Source: an uncultured Gemmatimonadales bacterium
GTDB taxonomy: Bacteria; Gemmatimonadota; Gemmatimonadetes; Gemmatimonadales; GWC2-71-9
Reading direction: 5' to 3'
Assembly (NCBI GenBank): GCA_963825055.1
Contig: CAWGSK010000030.1
Coordinates: 32,001-96,000, forward strand
Length of the DNA: 64,000 nucleotides
A model generated the notes under the pieces. It was not told the DNA's origin and did no database searches. It worked only from the letters and a program-made list of their open reading frames with translations. Position numbers and translations under genes: made by a program. Of this stretch, positions 50,274 to 59,571 are shown in pieces; positions within the stretch are counted from its first letter, which is position 1, and each line of letters begins with the position of its first letter.

Positions 50274-51341
50274 ATGCAGAAGACGTCCCTCACCTTTCTC
50301 GAACGACTGCTCGACAGCCCCGGCCCTTCCGGCTTCGAACGTGCCCCGGCCCGGATCTGGCGCGGCGAGGCGGAATCCATCGCGGACCTGGTCCGGGGCG
50401 ATGTCGGCGGGAATTCCTACGCGACACTGAACGCCGAGGGCCGCCCGCGAGTGATGTTCGCGGGGCATATCGACGAGATCGGCATCATGGTGACCTGGAT
50501 CGACGAGAACGGTTTCATCTTCTTCGACACGATCGGCGGGTGGGACCACCAGGTGTTCGTGGGACAGCGGATCCAGGTGCTCGGCCGCGACGGGCTCGTG
50601 CCGGGTGTGATCGGCAAGCAGGCGATCCACATGATCGACAAGGACGACCGCGACAAGGTCAGCAAGGCCTCCGATCTCTGGATCGACATCGGGGCACAGG
50701 ACCGTGCGGACGCCCAGTCCCGCGTGCGCGTGGGCGACGCGGGCGTGCTCGCGGCGGAGCTCCAGCACCTGCCCGGCGGCCGTCTCGTGAGCCGCAGCCT
50801 CGACAACCGGGTCGGCGCATTCGTGGTCCTCGAGGCGCTGCGGCTCCTTGCCGATGACCGTCCAGCCGCCGCCGTTACCGCGGTGGCCACGACCCAGGAG
50901 GAAATCGCCTATACCGGCGGAGGGGCGCGAACCTCTGCCACGGGGCTCGAGGCCGAGGTGGCGGTCGTGGTGGATGTCACGCATGCCACCGACTTCCCCG
51001 GCGTGGAGAAGAAGAAGCATGGCGAGGTGTCGCTGGGAGGTGGGCCAGTGCTCTCGCGCGGCTCCGCGGTACACACCGGCGTGTTCGAGGAACTCGTGCG
51101 GGTGGCGGAGGCGGAGAAAATCCCCTTCACCCTGCAGGCGGCGCCCTGCGTCACGGGCACCGACGCCGATGCGATCTTCACCGCGCACCGCGGGGTCGCC
51201 ACCGGTCTGGTTTCGGTGCCGCTCCGCTACATGCACAGCCCGAACGAAATGGTGATGCTGGAGGACCTGACCCAGACGGCCCGTCTGCTCGCGGCGTTCG
51301 CCCGCGCGCTCGGCAACCGAACCGACTTCGAGACCCGCTAA
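50274..51341 (+). CDS. M42 family aminopeptidase
   Basis: PSGFE, GHIDEIG, LDNR, QEE, DVT, RYMHS. Confidence 0.93.
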   Translation: MQKTSLTFLERLLDSPGPSGFERAPARIWRGEAESIADLVRGDVGGNSYATLNAEGRPRVMFAGHIDEIGIMVTWIDENGFIFFDTIGGWDHQVFVGQRIQVLGRDGLVPGVIGKQAIHMIDKDDRDKVSKASDLWIDIGAQDRADAQSRVRVGDAGVLAAELQHLPGGRLVSRSLDNRVGAFVVLEALRLLADDRPAAAVTAVATTQEEIAYTGGGARTSATGLEAEVAVVVDVTHATDFPGVEKKKHGEVSLGGGPVLSRGSAVHTGVFEELVRVAEAEKIPFTLQAAPCVTGTDADAIFTAHRGVATGLVSVPLRYMHSPNEMVMLEDLTQTARLLAAFARALGNRTDFETR

Positions 51342-52840
51342 CCCTCTTCGCGGCGCTCCAGGGCCTCGCGGGCAGCGGCCGCGGCCGTGCGCACCTCATC
51401 GTCCCGGTCGTCCTCGAGGCGTCGGAGCGCCGTGACCGCGGTGCGGCCGCCCGCGGTGCGAAGCCCGGCGACCGCCGCCAGGCGGGCCCCCAGCGGACGG
51501 CGCCGGAAGAGGCGTCGCGCCGGCAGGGCCCGGTCCGCCAGCACCCGCGCCGCATCCTCCGTCCCGATTCGTCCCAGGGCATGCAGCAGTTCGTGCAGGA
51601 TATCCGCCTCTTCCTCATGATCGAGCCGCCCCACGATGGCCGGCACGAGGTTCCGGAAGCTGACGCTACCGATCGTCATGGCCACCTGCAGCCGGACGGC
51701 GGTGGATGGATCGGACAGCGCGCGCCGGAGCGGGTCCATGGCGGCGACGGTGCCGATCTTCCCAAGGGCGCCGGCGGCCGAGCGCCTCACCCGTTCATCA
51801 CGGTGGTCCATGGCACGCGCGAGCCCGGGAATGGCCTCGGCGAGGCCCATCTCGCCGCACAGGTCCGCCACGTTCCGGACCACGAACCATTCGTCGTGAT
51901 CCAGCATGTTCACCAGGAGCCCGTGACCCTCCCGCATGTGCAGGATCGCGGAGAAGTACGACCGCCGCTCCCCCACATCCGTCGCCGCCACGAGATGACG
52001 CAGCAGCACCTCCGTGGCCTCCCCCCCGTACGACCGCAGGATGGCGACGGCCCGCTCCTTGTGGGCTCCGGAGGGGACAAACTCCGCGACCCGCTCCAGG
52101 GAGAAGCGCGGGACGAGGCGGCGGAGAGCAATGCCATAGAGCCGGCGATGCTCGTCATGAGTCGCCCGGTCCTCCAGCTCGGCGAGACGTGCCCCGACGG
52201 TCAACACGTCGTTCCAGATCTCCGTCTGCGCCGCCATCTCACCGAAGCTCACCACGGCATCCAGCAGTTCCGCGATCTGCGTATCGGTCTCGGCGGCCTC
52301 GAGGTCAGCCAGGAGCTGCTCGGTTTCGCTGCTGGTCTGCCGCTCGACGGACATGAAGTGGATCAGCTCCGGCGTCATCTCGGTCGAGGCCCCGACTCCC
52401 AGGGCTTCGAGCCGGTGATCCGCCGGGGAACTGCTGGCTTCGGGAAGCGGCGGGCGGAAGTCCACTCCCCGTATGCCCTCCGCCGTCAGATGGTCCAGAC
52501 GTTGCTGGAGCCGCGGATACTGCTCCGGCGAGGCCACCACGGTTCGGAGCGCGCCGAGTAGCTGGGTGGCGGGCAGCCCGCCGGGGAGATGGACTTCGCC
52601 GATGCCTCGCTTCAGGAGCTCGCTGCGGAGGTGGTCGAGGGCTTCGTCCCCGCCCACCGGGACGGTGACGCCGTTGAACACCAGGGCCCCGAAACGGACG
52701 GCCAGGGCCAGTTCCTGGTCGCCATGCCGCGCAAGAAATGCGCGAAAGGCCGCGCGCTGATCCTCCAGGGGCGCATGCGCGTCCTGCAGGAGGGTGAGAA
52801 CGCGGGCCAGGGTGACCAGCGAGACAGAATCAGATTCCAT
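51338..52840 (-). CDS. HEAT repeat protein
   Basis: WFVVRN, ERVRRSAAGALGKIG, DEVRTAA repeats. Confidence 0.85.
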   Translation of the reverse strand: MESDSVSLVTLARVLTLLQDAHAPLEDQRAAFRAFLARHGDQELALAVRFGALVFNGVTVPVGGDEALDHLRSELLKRGIGEVHLPGGLPATQLLGALRTVVASPEQYPRLQQRLDHLTAEGIRGVDFRPPLPEASSSPADHRLEALGVGASTEMTPELIHFMSVERQTSSETEQLLADLEAAETDTQIAELLDAVVSFGEMAAQTEIWNDVLTVGARLAELEDRATHDEHRRLYGIALRRLVPRFSLERVAEFVPSGAHKERAVAILRSYGGEATEVLLRHLVAATDVGERRSYFSAILHMREGHGLLVNMLDHDEWFVVRNVADLCGEMGLAEAIPGLARAMDHRDERVRRSAAGALGKIGTVAAMDPLRRALSDPSTAVRLQVAMTIGSVSFRNLVPAIVGRLDHEEEADILHELLHALGRIGTEDAARVLADRALPARRLFRRRPLGARLAAVAGLRTAGGRTAVTALRRLEDDRDDEVRTAAAAAREALERREEG

Positions 52841-52968
52841 GCATCATGAGCAGGAATGGGTAGAGGGAGTCCGGCCAAGATACCCCCACACCACCGGCCC
52901 GGCAATGCGCGGAAGCGCTCCCCTGCCGCCGTTGACGCCCCGCTATCCCGGAGGTTTTCTTCCCAGTC

Positions 52969-54240
52969 ATGCGACCTGTCCTGAGCCGGGTTGGTGTTGC
53001 GACCCTCGTGGTGTTCACCCTCGTCGGGCGGGCGCAAGCCCAGACCACGCCCGAAGCCTACCGGATGCTCGACGATATCCGTGTCCTCTCCAGCGATGAC
53101 CTGGCGGGGCGCCTGATCGGCTCCCCCGGAGCCGACTCCGCCGCCAATTTCATCGCCGCACGGTTTGCCACCGCCGGCCTCCAGGCGGGGCCTGCGGGCT
53201 GGTTCCAGGTGTTCCAGGTGGCTCGGGATGCCCCGGCGGCGGTCCACGCGCGCCTCGGCGGCGCCATCGGCAGGAATGTCATCGGCGTGCTGCCGGGCAC
53301 GGATCCTGATCTGCGCAACCAGATCGTCATCCTGGGCGCACATTACGACCACCTCGGCCCGGGTGGGTTCGGCAGCCTCGACCCTGACAGTACCGGGATC
53401 ACGCACAACGGCGCGGACGACAACGCCTCCGGCACTGCCGCCCTGGTACACATCGCGCGACGACTGGCGGCCGCACCGCCGCGCCGCACGGTGGTGTTCA
53501 TCGCCTTCAGCGGTGAGGAGCTCGGGCTGCTCGGCTCGGAGTACTACGCCAGCCACCCGCTCTATCCGCTCGACAAGACCGTTGCGATGGTGAACATGGA
53601 CATGATCGGACGGCTCCGGAACCGGCGCCTCATCGTGTACGGCACCGAGACGGCGCGGGAGTTCCCCGCCATGCTCGACTCGCTCAACTGGTATGCCGGG
53701 TTCGACCTGCACAAGCAGGGGGACGGCTACGGTCCGAGTGACCAGTCATCCTTCTACGCCCGCGGCCGACCCGTCCTGCACGTCTTCACGGACCTGCACG
53801 AGGACTACCACCGGACGACGGACGACTGGCAGAAGATCAATGCTGACGGCCTGGTCCGGGTCGCGGACTTCACCGCGAGCATCGTCCGCGCCCTGGCCGA
53901 TCGCACGCCGCCGCTCACCTTCGTAAACCTGCCACCTCCGAAGATGGCCAGCGCGGACAGCGGCAGCAGCTCCGGCTACGGTGCATACCTCGGCAGTATC
54001 CCCGACATGACCGGGAGCCCCGGGGGCGTGCGGATTACCGGGGTGCGCGCCGGGAGTCCGGCGGACGCGGCGGGGCTCAAGTCCGGCGATGTCATCATTC
54101 ACCTCGGTGACATGGAGATCCCGGACCTCCAGGCGCTCGCCGTGGCACTGCGGAAGTACCGGCCCGGTGACGTCGTGAAGCTCGACTGGACCCGCGACGG
54201 CGAACGGCTCAGCACCGACGTCACCCTCGCGAAACGATGA
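52969..54240 (+). CDS. Secreted M28 peptidase with C-terminal PDZ domain
   Basis: GAHYDHLG, GADDNASG, GEELG, NMDM, DYH; YLGSIPD...GSPA..AGL. Confidence 0.92.
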   Translation: MRPVLSRVGVATLVVFTLVGRAQAQTTPEAYRMLDDIRVLSSDDLAGRLIGSPGADSAANFIAARFATAGLQAGPAGWFQVFQVARDAPAAVHARLGGAIGRNVIGVLPGTDPDLRNQIVILGAHYDHLGPGGFGSLDPDSTGITHNGADDNASGTAALVHIARRLAAAPPRRTVVFIAFSGEELGLLGSEYYASHPLYPLDKTVAMVNMDMIGRLRNRRLIVYGTETAREFPAMLDSLNWYAGFDLHKQGDGYGPSDQSSFYARGRPVLHVFTDLHEDYHRTTDDWQKINADGLVRVADFTASIVRALADRTPPLTFVNLPPPKMASADSGSSSGYGAYLGSIPDMTGSPGGVRITGVRAGSPADAAGLKSGDVIIHLGDMEIPDLQALAVALRKYRPGDVVKLDWTRDGERLSTDVTLAKR

Positions 54241-54713
54241 GCGGCGAGCGAAAACCCGGCGCGGTGCTGGACGCGACACGCGTTGTGGCGGCCCTGCGCG
54301 GGGAATTCGCCCGCGAGGTGGGGCGCCGGGAATTGCTGCAGTTCGCTGCCGACCGGATCCAGGCGGCGGGACCGCCCTACACGTCGGTCTACCTCTACAT
54401 GCTCCATGGCGACACGCTGGACCTGGAGGCCTTCGCAGGCCGGGAGACGGACCACACCCGCATCGCGGTCGGGCACGGAGTCTGCGGGACCGCCGTGGCG
54501 ACGGGAGAAGACCAGAATGTCGGGGACGTCCGCGCGATCGAGAACTACATCGCGTGCAACACGTTCACCCGCTCCGAACTGGTCGTCCTGATCCGGCGTG
54601 GCGACACGATCCTGGGCCAGATCGACGTCGACAGCGACGTCACCGACCCCTTCACGACGGAGGAGGAAGCGGCCGTCCGCCAGGTAGCCGACGCGCTCGC
54701 CGTCCTCCTGTGA
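54237..54713 (+). CDS. GAF domain protein, free methionine-R-sulfoxide reductase-like
   Basis: GHGVCG, NYIAC, SELVV, IDVDS. Confidence 0.82.
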   Translation: MSGERKPGAVLDATRVVAALRGEFAREVGRRELLQFAADRIQAAGPPYTSVYLYMLHGDTLDLEAFAGRETDHTRIAVGHGVCGTAVATGEDQNVGDVRAIENYIACNTFTRSELVVLIRRGDTILGQIDVDSDVTDPFTTEEEAAVRQVADALAVLL

Positions 54714-55624
54714 CCTCGCCCCAGCGGCGGGCCTGGTCCTCCGCCGATTTCGTCATCCCACTCCCGCCGGGCCATCGCTTTCCCGTCGCCAAGTACGAGA
54801 AGATCCGGGACACCGTTGTTTCCCGGGGCATTCTCCCCCGCGCCGCCATTGAGGTCCCGGAGCGGGTCGAGCCGTGGGCCCTCGCCCTGGTGCACGATGC
54901 CGGCTGGGTGGATGCCGTCTGTACCGGCCCGATGCCCCCGACCCTGGAACGGCGCCTCGGGCTGCCCGGCTCCGCCGCCCTCCGCGAACGCTCGCTCCGC
55001 ACGGTCCAGGCGACGGTCGAGGCCGCCACCGACGCACTCGATCGCGGCCTCGGAATTTCCCTGGCCGGGGGAACGCACCACGCCTTCCGGGACAGGGGGG
55101 AGGGCTTCTGCGTCTTCAACGACGTGGCGATCGCCACCCGCATGCTGCAGCGCGAGGGCCGGATCCAGCGCGTGGCCGTCCTCGACCTCGACGTGCACCA
55201 GGGAAACGGAACTGCGAGGATTTTTGCGGGCGACCCCGAGGTATACACGTTCTCGATGCACGGGGCGAGCAATTATCCCTTTCACCGGGAGCAGAGCCGT
55301 CTGGATATCGAACTTCCGGACGGAACCGGCGACGCGGATTACCTCGCCGTTCTGGACCGGTACCTGCCCGGTATCCTTCAGGACGCCCGGCCGGACCTCG
55401 TCTTCTTCCTTGCCGGATCCGACCCGTACCGGCACGATCGCTTCGGCCGGCTGGGACTCACCATCGAAGGCCTCCGGGCCAGAGATGCCCGGGTGGTCCA
55501 GGCCTGCCGGGCGCGTGACATCCCGCTCGCCATCACCATGGCCGGTGGGTACGCCACCGACCTGGAGGACATTGCCACCATCCACGCGAACACGGTCCAG
55601 GAAGCGCTGGCCGCCTATGGCTGA
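54710..55624 (+). CDS. Histone deacetylase family protein
   Basis: GHRFP..KY, GGTHHA, GFC, DLDVHQGNG, GSD, GGY; GTGA overlap. Confidence 0.92.
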   Translation: MTSPQRRAWSSADFVIPLPPGHRFPVAKYEKIRDTVVSRGILPRAAIEVPERVEPWALALVHDAGWVDAVCTGPMPPTLERRLGLPGSAALRERSLRTVQATVEAATDALDRGLGISLAGGTHHAFRDRGEGFCVFNDVAIATRMLQREGRIQRVAVLDLDVHQGNGTARIFAGDPEVYTFSMHGASNYPFHREQSRLDIELPDGTGDADYLAVLDRYLPGILQDARPDLVFFLAGSDPYRHDRFGRLGLTIEGLRARDARVVQACRARDIPLAITMAGGYATDLEDIATIHANTVQEALAAYG

Positions 55625-56453
55625 GACGAGGATGCGGGATGTCCGCGGGGTGTCGCTCTTCGAGCGCCGCGCGGGGGAAGGCCCGGAGGTCGTCGTGCTG
55701 CATGGCGGACCGGGAGCGCACCACGACTACCTGCTGCCTGGCTTCGACGCGCTGGCGCGGGAACGCACCCTCATCTACTACGACCAGCGCGGCGGGGGCC
55801 GCTCCCCCGTCGAGCGCGACGTGCCCGTGGGGTGGCGTGAACATGTTGCGGACCTCGAGGCCCTCCGTGAGTCATGGGGCCTCGATCAGCTGACCATCGC
55901 CGGGTATTCCTGGGGCGGCCTGCTGGCCCTGCTGTACGCCACCACCCACCCAGGCCGGGTCGCCCGTCTGGCCCTGGTCTCGCCTGCTCCGGCCTGGCGC
56001 GCGGCCCGGGAGGAATTCGAGCGCCGTTTCGCCGAGCGGAACCTTGCCCCATGGCTCCAGGAGGCGCGACAGGACCTGCGGGAAAGCGGGATCCGCGAAG
56101 CCGACCCGGAAGCCTATCGCCAGCGGCTGTTCGAGCTGTCCGTGGCCGCGTACTTTCACGATCCCGCCCGTGCCACCGACCTCACGCCCTTCCGGGTCAC
56201 GGGACGGACCCAGACGGAGGTCTGGGAAAGCCTCGGCGACTATGACCTGCGCCCGGTCCTCCCGAACGTCGGCGCCCCCGCCGTGGTCCTCCACGGCGAC
56301 GACGATCCCATTCCCGCCGACTCCACCCGCACCACCGCCGGGCTCCTGGAGGCGCCGTTCCACCTTCTTCCCCGCTGTGGCCACGTGCCGTACGTCGAGG
56401 CGTTCGAGGAGTTCGTCAGGGTCCTCGATGCCTTCCTTCCGGCCGCGTCCTGA
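55617..56453 (+). CDS. Alpha/beta hydrolase (proline iminopeptidase-like)
   Basis: LHGGPG, YDQRGGGRS, GYSWGG, GH.P..E; start ATG 55617. Confidence 0.88.
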   Translation: MAETRMRDVRGVSLFERRAGEGPEVVVLHGGPGAHHDYLLPGFDALARERTLIYYDQRGGGRSPVERDVPVGWREHVADLEALRESWGLDQLTIAGYSWGGLLALLYATTHPGRVARLALVSPAPAWRAAREEFERRFAERNLAPWLQEARQDLRESGIREADPEAYRQRLFELSVAAYFHDPARATDLTPFRVTGRTQTEVWESLGDYDLRPVLPNVGAPAVVLHGDDDPIPADSTRTTAGLLEAPFHLLPRCGHVPYVEAFEEFVRVLDAFLPAAS

Positions 56454-56492
56454 GGCCGGCCAGCCGGCCGGGCCTGTTAGTTTCCCACGGAA

Positions 56493-57155
56493 ATGAGTGA
56501 ACGTCCAACCCCGTTCGGCCTCGTGTTCGACGAGCTGTCGCGGTCCAGGTTCCCCGCCCTGCGGGAATCACTGGCCGAGCGCCGTGCGAACCCGCACGAC
56601 CGTGATGCTTTCCTGCTGGACCCCGTCGGCATCCAGACCCTCCGCGCCATTGTCCCGGAGGAAGGCGTAGGCGAGGCGATCGACCAGCACGTTGCGATCC
56701 TGCACAACGCCTATCTCTACTGGCATGATGGCGAGCGCATGGTACGCCTTGCCCGGCCGGAGGCCGAACAGCTGCTCGGCTCCCCTGCGGCTGACGGTGA
56801 CGGCCCCTCCCCGGCCTGGTATGTACAAATGCCCGAGCGCCTGCTCTGGGCACGCGTGAACGAAGCGCAGCCTCACGAGCCGCTCGACGGGCTCTTCGTC
56901 CATCGCGATGGCGGTGACATCCTGCACGTGCTCGCCGTGTTCGGCCTGCACACCGAGCGCCTCGGATTCAGCGTCGTGGAAGCCAGCGGACCGCGCCCGC
57001 CAGGCCTGGTGCGAGAGGATGGAACCCCGCTTTTCTCTTCCGTCATGGAGGGCGGCGATCGCGCCGGTCTCTATTCCATCACCGGCGGCGAAGAACTGCT
57101 GGAACTCGGCGCACGCGCCCTGGCAGCCGCCAACGCCAGCCAGAATACGCCATGA
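56493..57155 (+). CDS. Hypothetical protein coupled to polX
   Basis: Coding-like 220-aa ORF; ATGA overlap with polX. Confidence 0.7.
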   Translation: MSERPTPFGLVFDELSRSRFPALRESLAERRANPHDRDAFLLDPVGIQTLRAIVPEEGVGEAIDQHVAILHNAYLYWHDGERMVRLARPEAEQLLGSPAADGDGPSPAWYVQMPERLLWARVNEAQPHEPLDGLFVHRDGGDILHVLAVFGLHTERLGFSVVEASGPRPPGLVREDGTPLFSSVMEGGDRAGLYSITGGEELLELGARALAAANASQNTP

Positions 57156-58888
57156 CCCCCCCGATGGGCCGGAAGGCCGTGGCGGGCGTGCTGGAGCAGA
57201 TCGCGTCGTTCCTTGAGCTCAAGGGTGAGAACACCTTCCGGGTGCGGGCATTCCGCACTTCCGCCCGCGTGGTCGGCGGGTTGCCCGTGGAGGTCCCGGA
57301 GGCGCTGGCGGACGGCTCGCTTGCCGCCGCGAAGGGCGTCGGACCGGCCACGCTCGAGATCATTACGGAACTCGTACGGACCGGGCGAAGCACCCTCCTC
57401 GCCGAGCTCCGTGAGCAGGTTCCCCCGGGCCTCGTCGAGATGCTCTCCATCTCCGGCCTCGGCGTAAACAAAATCCGCCAGATCCATGAGATGCTCGGCG
57501 TGGACTCACTTCCCGAGCTGGAAAGCGCTGCGCGCGATGGCCGGCTCGCCGGGCTCCCACGTTTCGGCCCTCGAACCGCCGAGAGCGTGCTGAAGGGCAT
57601 CGCATTCCTCCGGCAGACCCGGGGACAGCGGCTGGCGCACCACGCAGCGGAGGAGGCCCAGGCGCTCCGGGAATCGCTGGAACAGCTGCCCGGCGTCCTG
57701 CGGGCCGACATCGCGGGGGAGGTGCGGCGCCGCTGCGAGGTGGTGCAGGAGATCGTCCTGGTGCTGGTCGCCGAGGCGGCCCCCGCCGAGATATTCAGCC
57801 GGCTGGCGGACCTGCCGGGCGTCCAGGAGTTCGCCGGGCAGGACGAGCGGCGTGTCACGCTCCGCTTCGCCGGGGGATCAGCTGCGCAGATCGTCGTGAC
57901 GACCACCGTCAACGCCGGAACGGTCCTCGTGCAGGCAACCGGAAACGACGCGCACCTGGAGGCGCTGGCAGCCCATGCCGAACGCCAGGGGTTTGGCCTT
58001 GGCGCGGCGGCGCTCTGGCGCGGTTCGACGTTCGTCCCCACGCCTGACGAGGACACGTTCTACCGGGTACTCGGGCTGCAGCCTGTCCCGCCGGAACTGC
58101 GCGAGGGGCAGGGCGAGGTCGAGGCGGCGGCGGCCGGTACGCTCCCCGTCCTGCTGGAGAGTGCCGACCTGAAAGGGTTCCTGCACTGCCACACGAATTA
58201 CTCCGACGGGTCAAATACCGTCCTGGAGGTCGGCCGGGCATGCCTGGACGCAGGGTACGCGTATGTGGGAATTACCGACCACAGCGGCAGCGCGGCGTAC
58301 GCCGGAGGCCTCAGCAGCGACGACCTCCGTCGCCAGCATGATGAGGTTGTCGCCGCAAACGCATCGCTCAGCGGCATCCGGATCCTGCAGGGCGTCGAGG
58401 CCGACATCCTCGCTGACGGTTCCCTCGACTATGACGACGACACGCTCGCGCGGCTCGATTTTGTCATTGGCTCCATCCACAGCCGGTTCAGCATGGACCG
58501 CGAGGAAATGACCGCGAGAGTCCTGACAGCAATGGACAACCCTCACCTGGCGATCATCGGTCATCCCACGGGCCGTCTCCTGCTCGCCCGCAACCCATAC
58601 GGGCTCGACATCGATCGTGTTTTCGAGAAAGCGGCAGCGAACGGTGTCGCCATCGAGATCAATGCCGACCCCCATCGCCTCGACCTGGACTGGCGGCTCG
58701 CCCGGCAGGCCCGCGAAGCCGGAGTGACCCTCAGCATCGGCGCGGACGCCCACAACATCGCCGGCCTGCGTCACGTGGAGCTCGGCGTCGGCGTCGCCCG
58801 GAAGGCCTGGCTCACCGCCGCGGATGTCCTGAATGCCCGGCCACTCGAGGGATTTCTTGCCCATGTCGGGCACCGGAGAAAGGTCTGA
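57152..58888 (+). CDS. polX: PolX-PHP family protein (polymerase site degenerate, PHP intact)
   Basis: GENTFRVRAF, HhH motifs, ATGN, VPPELREG; PHP LHCHT, TDHS, GVEADI, GHPTGR, ADAH. Confidence 0.9.
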   Translation: MTPPMGRKAVAGVLEQIASFLELKGENTFRVRAFRTSARVVGGLPVEVPEALADGSLAAAKGVGPATLEIITELVRTGRSTLLAELREQVPPGLVEMLSISGLGVNKIRQIHEMLGVDSLPELESAARDGRLAGLPRFGPRTAESVLKGIAFLRQTRGQRLAHHAAEEAQALRESLEQLPGVLRADIAGEVRRRCEVVQEIVLVLVAEAAPAEIFSRLADLPGVQEFAGQDERRVTLRFAGGSAAQIVVTTTVNAGTVLVQATGNDAHLEALAAHAERQGFGLGAAALWRGSTFVPTPDEDTFYRVLGLQPVPPELREGQGEVEAAAAGTLPVLLESADLKGFLHCHTNYSDGSNTVLEVGRACLDAGYAYVGITDHSGSAAYAGGLSSDDLRRQHDEVVAANASLSGIRILQGVEADILADGSLDYDDDTLARLDFVIGSIHSRFSMDREEMTARVLTAMDNPHLAIIGHPTGRLLLARNPYGLDIDRVFEKAAANGVAIEINADPHRLDLDWRLARQAREAGVTLSIGADAHNIAGLRHVELGVGVARKAWLTAADVLNARPLEGFLAHVGHRRKV

Positions 58889-59571
58889 TGGCAAAGCCCC
58901 CCGCGGTGACTCCGTCCTCCGTTCGCCGGGAGAGCAGGCCTGCCCGCAGGCGCCGCGCGGGAGCCATCCTGGCGCTCCTCAAGAAGGAGTATCCGGATGC
59001 GGCCTGTGCCCTGGTGCACCACGGGCCGTACCAGCTCCTCGTCGCGACCATTCTCTCCGCGCAGTGTACCGACGCGAGGGTGAACATGGTCACCCCCGCC
59101 CTGTTCGAGCGTTATCCGGAACCGGCGGCCCTCGCCGCCGCGCGCCAGGAGGATGTCGAGGAACTGATCCGCTCCACCGGTTTCTTCCGGAACAAGGCGA
59201 AGAACCTGATTGCGATGGCCCGGGCGCTGGTCGCGGACCATGACGGGCTCATACCTGACGACATGGACGCACTTCGCGCCCTGCCGGGCGTCGGGCGAAA
59301 GACCGCCAACGTTGTCCTGGGAAATGCCTTCGGAATCAACGCCGGCATCACCGTGGACACTCACGTGACCCGGCTCAGCCGCCTGCTTGGCCTGACGACC
59401 GAGACCGATCCGGAGAAGATCGAGCGGGACCTGATGCAACTGATACCGAAGAAGGACTGGACCCTCGTCTCCCACCTGCTGATCCTGCACGGCCGCGCGG
59501 TGTGCATCGCCAGGCGGCCGCGCCATGAGATCTGCGCCGTGGCTCACCTCTGCCCGTCCGCGCGAGCCTGA
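58888..59571 (+). CDS. nth: Endonuclease III
   Basis: ILSAQCTD, LPGVGRKTANVV (HhH Lys), VDTHV. Confidence 0.95.
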   Translation: MAKPPAVTPSSVRRESRPARRRRAGAILALLKKEYPDAACALVHHGPYQLLVATILSAQCTDARVNMVTPALFERYPEPAALAAARQEDVEELIRSTGFFRNKAKNLIAMARALVADHDGLIPDDMDALRALPGVGRKTANVVLGNAFGINAGITVDTHVTRLSRLLGLTTETDPEKIERDLMQLIPKKDWTLVSHLLILHGRAVCIARRPRHEICAVAHLCPSARA

